Positions 56,485 through 64,000 of a DNA stretch of 64,000 nucleotides are shown piece after piece. The stretch lies in contig JACPJO010000001.1 of assembly GCA_016187485.1 (NCBI GenBank), positions 6,195 through 70,194 on the forward strand. The letters are read 5' to 3'. The position numbers and the translations under genes are program-made. The notes beneath the pieces are model-generated. The model searched no databases. It saw only the letters and a list, made by a program, of their open reading frames with translations, and had not been told where the DNA came from. This DNA comes from Candidatus Uhrbacteria bacterium (GTDB lineage: Bacteria > Patescibacteriota > Patescibacteriia > UBA9934 > UBA10169). Position 1 is the stretch's first letter; each line of letters opens with the position of its first letter.

Positions 56485-56940
56485 ATGAAACTTACCCATC
56501 CCATGGTTCTTCTTCCCTCCGTCATTGTTCTTCTGCTCGTACTTCTTCTTGTGAGCAAAATAGATTGGCAAGCTCTTGAACCAGCGCAAGAAGCGTCGCC
56601 GGCCATCGCCCCCCCGGCAGATGTTGTCACGGAGACGCTTGCAGAGGGCGAGGGCGAAGGGGCGGCAACAGGGGATGTTTTGCGCGTACACTATACGGGG
56701 ACGTTGGTGGACGGAACGAAGTTTGATAGTTCGCTCGATCGTGGCGTGCCGTTTGAGGTGACGCTTGGCACTGGCGCCGTTATTGAGGGGTGGGAACGCG
56801 GACTTCTCGGTATGAAGAAAGGGGAGAAGCGCCGCCTCACTATTCCGCCAGAGCTTGGCTATGGAGACCGACAAGCGGGAGACATCCCGCCGAACTCCAC
56901 GCTGGTTTTTGAGGTGGAGCTTTTGGAAATTAATCCTTAG
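56485..56940 (+). CDS. FKBP-type peptidyl-prolyl isomerase, membrane-anchored
   Basis: [60 protein letters not shown]. Confidence 0.8.
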   Translation: MKLTHPMVLLPSVIVLLLVLLLVSKIDWQALEPAQEASPAIAPPADVVTETLAEGEGEGAATGDVLRVHYTGTLVDGTKFDSSLDRGVPFEVTLGTGAVIEGWERGLLGMKKGEKRRLTIPPELGYGDRQAGDIPPNSTLVFEVELLEINP

Positions 56941-58230
56941 ATGATTGTGAAGGAGGAATGTTTTTGGATCACCAGCAGCCCGCGCACGGTTTTTTCGGAA
57001 AATCACGTACCGCGTCAGGTGGATGTGGTTGTCATTGGGGCCGATACGGCCGGTACGACAGCCGCGTATGAGCTCGCGCGTGCCGGGAGCCGTGTTCTTC
57101 TTTTGGATGAGCATGAGGTTGGGTCGGGCATGACCGCGGGGAGTATAGGCGGGCTTATCAGCCTTGCAGGCGCTTCGCTTGCAGAATGCATACGCCGTGG
57201 AGGATTTCCACGCGCCCGCCGATTTGCCGACGCCGTTTTTTCCGCTCTTGAGAGCTCGCGTCGGCTTATCGAACAGGAGCGGCTTGTCTGTGCGCTTCAC
57301 GAAAGCCCGACGCTTCTTTTAGGGCAAACGCCGCTTACGGCGGCCTCTGTTCATGAAGAGTATGCTGCGTGGCGAGCTGTCGGGACTCCTGTCGAATGGA
57401 TGGAGTCGAATGATATTCGTGATGCGTACCCCATGCTTCGCGCCTTGTGCGCTCTTTCTTTTTCGCGAGGGTGCACGATTAACCCCGTGGCGTTTGTACG
57501 GGGTTTAGCGAAGAGAGCAGAGGGGATGGGAGTGGCAGTGTGTGAAGGCGTCTCTGTTCTCGCGTGGAGTCAAGAGGGAGAAGCTATCACGATAAAGACT
57601 TCTCACGGGGAAGTACGCACGCGCCATCTTTTCTTGTGCAGGGCGGCAGAGAATGTGTCACTCTACGAGACGATGATTGTGACGGAACCCGTGGAGCTTC
57701 TGCGCGGATGGTCGCACGGAGAGGTCCTTGCCAATGCTTTGCCACTCCCGGATTGTTCCCGATGGCTTCCCGACGGCCGCATCCTCTTTACTTCCGGACG
57801 AACGCGCGGTCTTTCATCGAGCGATCAGACGTTACATGAATCAGCGCTGCTTCTGCGCCGTTTATTTGCGGATTGGTATGACATGCGTCCACCCGCGATT
57901 GCCGCTACATGGACGCGCGCGGTTCCTCCCGGACATCACATTTTTCCCGTTCTTACACGTAAGAGCAAGAATATTGTGGTTGCGTCGGGCGGGAATGTGG
58001 ATCAACTGGCACTCTTTGTGCAGGCGGGGATAAGCGGAGCGAAGATGATTCAGGGCGCGCCAGTTCCGTACGAGGAGCTCTTTACTTCTGAAAAAGAAAA
58101 ACCCCTTCGCGTATGGGCAGAAGGAGTTTTCCCGCCATGGGTTTCGCGTGTGGCCGCACAAGTGCGGCTTGACGACGAACGCGCAGATGATGCCCAGGCG
58201 CGAGAGCCTATGCATTTTTCAATGCGGTAA
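56941..58230 (+). CDS. FAD-dependent oxidoreductase (DAO family)
   Basis: N-terminal dinucleotide-binding VDVVVIGADTAGTTAAYELARAGSRVLLLD. Confidence 0.6.
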   Translation: MIVKEECFWITSSPRTVFSENHVPRQVDVVVIGADTAGTTAAYELARAGSRVLLLDEHEVGSGMTAGSIGGLISLAGASLAECIRRGGFPRARRFADAVFSALESSRRLIEQERLVCALHESPTLLLGQTPLTAASVHEEYAAWRAVGTPVEWMESNDIRDAYPMLRALCALSFSRGCTINPVAFVRGLAKRAEGMGVAVCEGVSVLAWSQEGEAITIKTSHGEVRTRHLFLCRAAENVSLYETMIVTEPVELLRGWSHGEVLANALPLPDCSRWLPDGRILFTSGRTRGLSSSDQTLHESALLLRRLFADWYDMRPPAIAATWTRAVPPGHHIFPVLTRKSKNIVVASGGNVDQLALFVQAGISGAKMIQGAPVPYEELFTSEKEKPLRVWAEGVFPPWVSRVAAQVRLDDERADDAQAREPMHFSMR

Positions 58231-58441
58231 GGTCAATCGCGCGTCCTGCAGCAATCCATTTTTCCAGCGTGCGAAGTCCGCGTGCCGAGATGGTGACCGT
58301 TACCATGCGTCCTGTTGCAGGGTTGCGCAGACGTTTCTTCTGAAGATTGGGACGAAATGCGCGTTTCACATGACGGTTGGAGTGGCTTACGGTGAAGCCT
58401 TTCATGATGGATTTTCCCGTGATGATGCATTGTTTCGCCAT
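58208..58441 (-). CDS. rpmB: 50S ribosomal protein L28
   Basis: MAKQCIITGKS...VSHSN...TKR.FRPNLQ; ATG at 58441. Confidence 0.8.
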   Translation of the reverse strand: MAKQCIITGKSIMKGFTVSHSNRHVKRAFRPNLQKKRLRNPATGRMVTVTISARGLRTLEKWIAAGRAIDLTALKNA

Positions 58442-58451
58442 AGTGGCAAGG

Positions 58452-58480
58452 AGTGTAGCCTGCCCCGATTTCCTCGTCAA
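58452..58480 (-). promoter_or_regulatory. sigma70-like promoter TTGACG-N17-TACACT immediately upstream of rpmB
   Basis: Read on the minus strand; -10 ends 10 nt before the ATG. Confidence 0.4.
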
Positions 58481-58485
58481 CCCTC

Positions 58486-58563
58486 AGAACGGGGTCAGGT
58501 CTTGAATTTTGAATTTTCGGTTCTAAGGCACGAAATTCAAAATTCAAGACCTGACCCCGTTCT
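58486..58563. repeat. 31-bp perfect inverted repeat with 16-nt loop
   Basis: AGAACGGGGTCAGGTCTTGAATTTTGAATTT ... AAATTCAAAATTCAAGACCTGACCCCGTTCT, checked base by base; lies between the yihY 3' end and the rpmB promoter. Confidence 0.6.
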
Positions 58564-58564
58564 C

Positions 58565-59335
58565 TTAATAACGGCGGGACTGGCGCAGGTGGTTTATGTA
58601 GGCGCCGATCAAAAAGGCGTAGGCGCAAATCTGGATGTACATGATAAGCACGATAGCGCTCGAGAGGACGCCGTAGATTTTGAGGCTCGGCATATGCGGG
58701 ACAAGCCATTGGAAAGTGACCGTTCCCGCAAGCCATACGGCCACGGCAAGGCACCCCCCAAAAAGATGCCGATGCCATACGGAAGAAAGGTGGGCGGGGA
58801 GCAAATGATAAAGCGTGGTACAGATGAGAACGCCCGCAACCGCGGCAATGATCCAAAGGGTGAGCTCGGGCATAGGGAGAGAAAGGGCGGCGAATGCCCA
58901 CTCGCCAATAATCAAGGCACTCGAGAGGAGGAGGAAGGCAAGACTTGCCAGGAGGGTGAGGAGGAGCGAGCCAAAGACATGGACATACCAACGCCGGGTT
59001 GTATGCGTCCCATAGACAGCGTCCAGGTTACGCATGAGTCCGCGGAACAGTCGTGCTGCCGCCCACACGAGGAGGACAAAGCTCATCGAAATAATGGGAG
59101 GAAGGGTGTTCTCCCGAAGTGTCTCAAACCACGTCATCGTTGAGGGAGGGATGACTCCTGTCCAGCCTGCCGATTCGGACATGCCGGTGACATGAAAAAG
59201 AATAAGCGTCACAAGTGCCATGGGAAAAATCCCAAACAGCATGTTGAGGCTCAGCGAGGAGACGTGAAGGCTTAACGGAGATTCAAAATGAATGTGGCGG
59301 AAGGCGCGAAGCCAGAGGGAAAAAGTTGATGGCAT
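58565..59335 (-). CDS. YihY/BrkB (ribonuclease BN-like) family membrane protein
   Basis: 6 TM helices; family-like pattern ...FGSLLLTLLASLAFLL...AYAFLIGAYINH. Confidence 0.7.
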   Translation of the reverse strand: MPSTFSLWLRAFRHIHFESPLSLHVSSLSLNMLFGIFPMALVTLILFHVTGMSESAGWTGVIPPSTMTWFETLRENTLPPIISMSFVLLVWAAARLFRGLMRNLDAVYGTHTTRRWYVHVFGSLLLTLLASLAFLLLSSALIIGEWAFAALSLPMPELTLWIIAAVAGVLICTTLYHLLPAHLSSVWHRHLFGGCLAVAVWLAGTVTFQWLVPHMPSLKIYGVLSSAIVLIMYIQICAYAFLIGAYINHLRQSRRY

Positions 59336-59416
59336 AGGGGACGATGAGCTTTTACAGCATACGCTGGAGTGCCTGTGGAAATCAAACGCGTCGTTTCTTG
59401 CTATACTTCAACCATT

Positions 59417-60760
59417 ATGAACTCTCGAGGAATGGGTGTCGCGCACATCGTTGCCGCAGACATGGGGTATGGACACGAGCGGCCGGCGCACTCTCTGCGG
59501 CATTTGGCGCCATCGGGAGAGGGGATTGTGGTGGCCAACAATTATCCCGGGATTCCCTCAAAAGACCGTACCTTGTGGCGCCGGAGTCGGGAATTTTATG
59601 AAACGGTCTCGCGTTCGCGTTCTGTTCCGCTTATTGGAAAGTATCTTTTTGAGCTTGTCGATGCGGCGCAAGCGATCCCTCCGTTTTATCCACGCCGTGA
59701 TCTTTCTCGCCCTACGCTTCAACTTCGGCAAATGTATGCCGGAATCCGCGCAGGACTTGGACGGCATCTTATGGAGAAGCTGGCGCAGAATCCTCTCCCG
59801 CTCGTGTGCACGTTTTTCTATGTTGCTTTCATGGCGGAGGAATATGGATACCCGGGAGATATTTGGTGCGTGACAACAGACGCGGATATTTCTCGCGCAT
59901 GGGCACCACTGTACCCGTCCAAGAGCCGCATTCGATATTTTGCGGCGAACGGGCGTTGTGTGGAGAGATTAAAACTTTACGGCGTACGTCCGGAGAACAT
60001 TTTTCTCACGGGCTTTCCTTTGCCTCCGGAAATCGTAGACGGACCATCGGGGAGGCTGCTGCGGCAGGATCTCTTGCGGCGGCTGTGCGTACTCGATCCC
60101 CAGGGGATTTTCCGCGCGCACCACGCCCCGGCCATCTCTGCGCACCTCGGCGCAGGCGCGTGTCCTCTCGGACGGTCCAGGCGTGTGCCTCACGTGATGT
60201 TTGCTGTGGGAGGGGCGGGAGCGCAAGCGAGTCTGGCGCTTGTCGTTTTGCGATCGCTTGCCGGACTTGTGCGCCGCGGTGCCTTGACGCTTACGCTTAT
60301 GGCCGGGGCGCGTCCTGCGTTGGGAGCGCGTTTTGAAGAAGAGGCAAAACGTCTTCGTCTCGGTTCGTCTTTGGGGAAGACGTTATTTGTGCGCGCGTAC
60401 AAAACACGCCGCGGCTATTTTGACGATTTCGTCGGCCGTATTCGCGAAACGGATATTTTATGGACCAAACCCTCGGAGCTCTCGTTTTACACGGGTCTTG
60501 GCCTCCCTATTCTCATGGCACCTCCTCTGGGCTCGCAAGAGGAGTATAATCGCGAATGGCTTTCTCAAGTGGGCGGCGGCGTGTTTCAGGCAGACCCTGT
60601 CTATACACACGAATGGCTCATGGATTGGATTTCGTCGGGCGCTTTTGCGCGCATGGCGTGGAATGGCTACACCGAAGCCCCCACGCACGGGACCTATCGT
60701 ATAGAAAATGCGCTGGCGGGAAAACGTACCGAAGTAGAGACGCTCCCTCTTATTGTTTAA
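59417..60760 (+). CDS. GT-B fold glycosyltransferase-like protein (MGDG-synthase/MurG-like superfamily)
   Basis: N-terminal Gly-rich GMGVAHIVAADMGYGHERPA and C-terminal ILWTKPSELSFYTGLGLPILMAPPLGSQEEYN; start at MNSRGM. Confidence 0.45.
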   Translation: MNSRGMGVAHIVAADMGYGHERPAHSLRHLAPSGEGIVVANNYPGIPSKDRTLWRRSREFYETVSRSRSVPLIGKYLFELVDAAQAIPPFYPRRDLSRPTLQLRQMYAGIRAGLGRHLMEKLAQNPLPLVCTFFYVAFMAEEYGYPGDIWCVTTDADISRAWAPLYPSKSRIRYFAANGRCVERLKLYGVRPENIFLTGFPLPPEIVDGPSGRLLRQDLLRRLCVLDPQGIFRAHHAPAISAHLGAGACPLGRSRRVPHVMFAVGGAGAQASLALVVLRSLAGLVRRGALTLTLMAGARPALGARFEEEAKRLRLGSSLGKTLFVRAYKTRRGYFDDFVGRIRETDILWTKPSELSFYTGLGLPILMAPPLGSQEEYNREWLSQVGGGVFQADPVYTHEWLMDWISSGAFARMAWNGYTEAPTHGTYRIENALAGKRTEVETLPLIV

Positions 60761-60765
60761 CGTTT

Positions 60766-62415
60766 ATGGATGCTCGATTGCACCACTTACTAGAAGTTTT
60801 TGCTCACGATCGTGGACCTGGTTCTCCTGCTCACAACGACCATGGGGGTCACAGCGGCGGTCGCGGCCGTGATGACCACAGCGGAGACGAACACGAACCA
60901 ACCGATCCGACCGGTGTTATCATTGTGAATGATCTTGTGAGCAAGGCGGCGTCGGTCTACGAAGTGGTGCGCAACGCTATTGAATATTCCGAGGCGCATC
61001 TGCTGCGTCGCAACGCCATCCGCCGTATCCTCCGCCGCCGTCTATTTGCCGACGAGGACCCTGCCCGTGTCTCGCGCGATCTCCTGCATGAACTTATTTG
61101 GGCGCGTTACCTTCCTAATAAACACATTCCCATCGAACGCGAATCCGAAGTCGCGCATATTCTACAGAAGTACGTGCGTTTGTTTGCCGCCGTGGAGACA
61201 GATCACCTTTCGTCGCGCGCGTCGGCATGGCTGCTCGATCTTGTTTCAACGGAAGTTGAGTATCTCCTCACGCCGCCCACAAAAGAAGAAGCAATGGTGC
61301 TCTTTGCCTACCACACGCTTCGCACGCAAACGAAATGGGAGGGAAAACTTCCGATCGCGGAGGACGAGAAAGATATTCAGCTCTATGTCGGCGTGCATCG
61401 CACGCTGCTCAAGTCTAACCAGGCGACGCTTCGTTACCGTATTTTCCTTCTTTTCTATCCTGCATGGCACGCGGCAAGCGATGAACTTGTAGGGGAAGTG
61501 GCGGCAGGGCTTGAAAAGGTTGTCGCCGCTATTGACCATCACGTGGCGCATCCCATGGGGGAGACGATCGCGCGGCTACTGCGCCAGAAGATGGTGCTCT
61601 TCAAAATCCTTCACGATGTTTTGGAAGAAGAGGGAGAGCGCGCCTCAACCGTCTGCCAAGATCAAGCGGCGCTTGCCGAGGCGGTAAAGAAAGTTGCAGG
61701 GCGCCGATACAAAGCATTTCATGCACGATTGTGGCGGCTCGTTTTGCGCGCAGTCTTTTTCCTGTTTTGCACCAAACTTATTTTGGCGTTCATCATTGAA
61801 CTCCCGTACCAGCTTTTCGTGGTGAAAGAACGGAGCTACGTGCCGTTACTTGTGAATGTGCTCTTCCATCCGTTTCTGCTTGCGGCACTTGGGCTCACTG
61901 GAACAATTCCGGAGAAGAAAAATACGAAACTTCTTATTGAAGGGGTGCGTTCTCTTGTATTCGGCGGCGAGGGCATGAAGACGACGGTGACGGTTTCTAA
62001 GCCGTGGGCGCGCGGGTTTGCTAACGTGGTCTTCAATCTTATTTATGCGGCGACATTCGTGGTGAGCTTTGGACTCATTGCCGCGTTTCTTATTTCGCTT
62101 GGCTTCCACGTTGTCTCGATTATCCTCTTCCTCTTCTTTCTCTCGCTTGTGGCGTTCTTTGGCATCAGTATCCGCTCCGCGCGCAAAGAACTGCTTATTG
62201 TGCCGGGCAAAGGCGGATTTTTCTCTGTGCTTGGGGATTTCTTCACGCTTCCCATTATTCGCGCCGGCCGGTGGATTTCCATGCACGCGCCGCGCGTCAA
62301 TGTGTTTTTATTCTTTCTCGACTTTATTGTAGAGGCGCCATTTAAACTGGTAATCCAAGTGGTCGAAGGGTGGCTCGCCTTTATGAAAGAGAAAAAAGAA
62401 GAGATTAGCGCATGA
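60766..62415 (+). CDS. hypothetical membrane protein (His-rich N-terminus, helical domain, 5-6 C-terminal TM)
   Basis: ATG at 60766 follows the upstream stop; no recognisable domain. Confidence 0.4.
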   Translation: MDARLHHLLEVFAHDRGPGSPAHNDHGGHSGGRGRDDHSGDEHEPTDPTGVIIVNDLVSKAASVYEVVRNAIEYSEAHLLRRNAIRRILRRRLFADEDPARVSRDLLHELIWARYLPNKHIPIERESEVAHILQKYVRLFAAVETDHLSSRASAWLLDLVSTEVEYLLTPPTKEEAMVLFAYHTLRTQTKWEGKLPIAEDEKDIQLYVGVHRTLLKSNQATLRYRIFLLFYPAWHAASDELVGEVAAGLEKVVAAIDHHVAHPMGETIARLLRQKMVLFKILHDVLEEEGERASTVCQDQAALAEAVKKVAGRRYKAFHARLWRLVLRAVFFLFCTKLILAFIIELPYQLFVVKERSYVPLLVNVLFHPFLLAALGLTGTIPEKKNTKLLIEGVRSLVFGGEGMKTTVTVSKPWARGFANVVFNLIYAATFVVSFGLIAAFLISLGFHVVSIILFLFFLSLVAFFGISIRSARKELLIVPGKGGFFSVLGDFFTLPIIRAGRWISMHAPRVNVFLFFLDFIVEAPFKLVIQVVEGWLAFMKEKKEEISA

Positions 62416-63398
62416 AGAAACACGCACACATCGCAAGCGGACTCTGGAGGACGACGCTTGTAGTGTGCGGCCTCGTGCTTGCCGTTCTCCTGCTTTCCGC
62501 CACACGGACAACGAAGCCGGAGCTTGGCATAACGTGGAGTTCGCGTGCGGCGCGCGACATCGGTCTTGATCCTGCCGCTGCGTTTGACCGCGTGCTCGCG
62601 GAGCTGGACCCGGCGCATATCCGTTTGCCCGTGTATTGGGACGATGTAGAGCCGCGGGAAGGAGAATTCGACTTCTCCGCATACGACGAGATGCTTGAAA
62701 AGGCCGGCGCCGCGGGCGTCGAGGTGACGCTTGCCGTTGGAGTGAAGGTGCCGCGCTGGCCGGAATGTTACATACCCGAATGGATGGATGCAGACGATGC
62801 GGAGCGTTTGAAGACGCGGGTACGGATGCTTCTTACAACGACGATTGAACGCTATCGTACGCATCCGGCCGTGACGCGATTCCAAATCGAAAACGAACCC
62901 TTCCTCTTTTTCGGCAAGTGTCCGAAGCCCGATGCGGCTTTCCTAAAAGAAGAATTCGCTATTGCTCGCTCCCTTACCTCAAAACCGCTCGTGATGACTA
63001 CCAGTGGAGAGCTGGAGCCGTGGTTGCACACGATTCCCTATGCCGACGAAGTGGGATTTTCTCTCTACCGACTTGTGTGGAGTCCGATTATCGGTTTTTG
63101 GGTGTATCCTACACAATCGTCGTTTTACTATGCACGGGTAAAGACGCTGGCCCCCTTTGTTGATGAAGTGTTCGTCTCGGAACTTCAGGGCGAACCGTGG
63201 TTTTTTAAACCCCCAGAGGAACTTTCTGTGGAAGATCAGCACCAAATGTTTTCCCCGCGCATGCTGCGCAACAACGTTGCTTTTGCCAAACGGATCGGCG
63301 TGTCGCGGGTGGATGTGTGGGGCGCGGAGTGGTGGCTCTGGATGAAGGAACACGGGGACGCAAGCCTCTGGGAAGAAGCGAGACGGCTTTTCCAATAG
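62412..63398 (+). CDS. Membrane-anchored glycoside hydrolase, clan GH-A (GH5-like) TIM barrel
   Basis: N-terminal TM; catalytic acid/base motif FQIENEPF; a downstream Glu in SELQGEPW could be the nucleophile. Confidence 0.5.
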   Translation: MKKHAHIASGLWRTTLVVCGLVLAVLLLSATRTTKPELGITWSSRAARDIGLDPAAAFDRVLAELDPAHIRLPVYWDDVEPREGEFDFSAYDEMLEKAGAAGVEVTLAVGVKVPRWPECYIPEWMDADDAERLKTRVRMLLTTTIERYRTHPAVTRFQIENEPFLFFGKCPKPDAAFLKEEFAIARSLTSKPLVMTTSGELEPWLHTIPYADEVGFSLYRLVWSPIIGFWVYPTQSSFYYARVKTLAPFVDEVFVSELQGEPWFFKPPEELSVEDQHQMFSPRMLRNNVAFAKRIGVSRVDVWGAEWWLWMKEHGDASLWEEARRLFQ

Positions 63399-63417
63399 AT
63401 GATACAATGAGCCGACT

Positions 63418-64000
63418 ATGTTGGGCGTTTTTCTGTTTCTACTCGGCGCTTCCGTAGGAAGTTTTTTTGCGGCGTGGGCGGGGAGAGGGTCGCTGGCGGC
63501 TGTGGCGCGGGGAAGGTCTTCCTGCCGCAACTGCACTCTTACCCTTCACGGCCATCATCTCGTGCCGATAGTGAGCTGGCTTTTTCTCCGCGGCCGGTGT
63601 GCGCACTGCAAAATCTCTATTCCTCTTTCCTTGCTGGTGACAGAGGCGGCATTTGGCGTCCTCTTTCTTTTGCTGTGGTTTGTTCAGTTTGGAAGTTTCA
63701 CTCACGTCCCCACGGATGAACGCGCGTGGCTTGGGTTTGCCGTTAAGCTGCTTTTTCTGCTCATGTTTGGGATCCTCGCCTTGTTTGATTGGTACCACAT
63801 GACTCTCCCGGACCGTCTTACGGTACCGTTTATCACTATGGCGGCCGTTGTGAATATACTTCTTGAACCAACCGCGGCACGCGCGATCGATCTTCTTTCT
63901 GGCGCCGCCATTCTCGCTGCCTTTTTTGGCTTGCAGTATCTCCTCTCCCGCGGGCGATGGATTGGGGCAGGGGATATACGTTTCGGTGTTCTTCTTGGGG
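63418..64000 (+). CDS. pilD: Prepilin peptidase (A24 family), 3' partial
   Basis: Tetra-Cys CRNC...CAHC zinc site; GAGDIRFGV active-site motif; runs off the window end. Confidence 0.65.
   Translation, partial: MLGVFLFLLGASVGSFFAAWAGRGSLAAVARGRSSCRNCTLTLHGHHLVPIVSWLFLRGRCAHCKISIPLSLLVTEAAFGVLFLLLWFVQFGSFTHVPTDERAWLGFAVKLLFLLMFGILALFDWYHMTLPDRLTVPFITMAAVVNILLEPTAARAIDLLSGAAILAAFFGLQYLLSRGRWIGAGDIRFGVLLG

Overview
This 64-kb window looks like a stretch of a CPR/Patescibacteria (Parcubacteria-like) chromosome. That call rests on gene content: a DUF4012 protein, a short TsaB, a standalone PEP-synthase N-terminal domain and many tiny overlapping genes. It is an inference, not a database result.

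**Recognisable genes**
- Housekeeping: xseA and xseB, an archaeal-type pyrH, a NUDIX hydrolase, rplJ and rplL with an attenuator-like leader, holB, frr, glyQS, an M16 peptidase, tpiA, hflX, HU, typA, rpmB, and a pseudouridine synthase.
- RNA genes: tRNA-Thr(GGT), tRNA-Tyr(GTA), tRNA-Thr(TGT) and tRNA-Trp(CCA).
- Envelope and secretion: a glycan cluster at about 13.2-21.5 kb (three GT2, DUF4012, mreB, GT4, a TrmB-like regulator), pilB, and a prepilin peptidase.
- Regulation and transport: an ECF sigma/anti-sigma pair, an ABC exporter and an MFS transporter.
- Many intrinsic terminators are visible as hairpins followed by T-runs.

**Best candidate for something new**
The most unusual block is a sharply GC-richer segment at about 21.56-25.05 kb. 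A spot count at 22861-22920 gives 41/60 G+C, against 25/60 at 1501-1560 and 33/60 at 3001-3060. It holds three minus-strand ORFs with no domain I can recognise. It is bounded by strong hairpin terminators. It has its own TTGACA-N17-TACATT promoter, preceded by an alternating 11-bp triple repeat that contains the 16-bp palindrome CTTAGTGATCACTAAG, and followed by a long hairpin-rich 5' leader.

**Other unexplained structure**
- A secreted protein with three tandem six-cysteine modules (37235-38518).
- A 5' tRNA-Thr fragment with a GC-rich hairpin inserted in its D-loop (32121-32225).
- A 31-bp perfect inverted repeat lying against the putative rpmB promoter (58486-58563).
- Two sub-60-aa ORFs, each bracketed by intrinsic terminators (46707-46850 and 49508-49612).
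- An ORF that reads straight through convergent terminators (6112-6954).

No CRISPR array, rRNA, transposase or integrase was seen.
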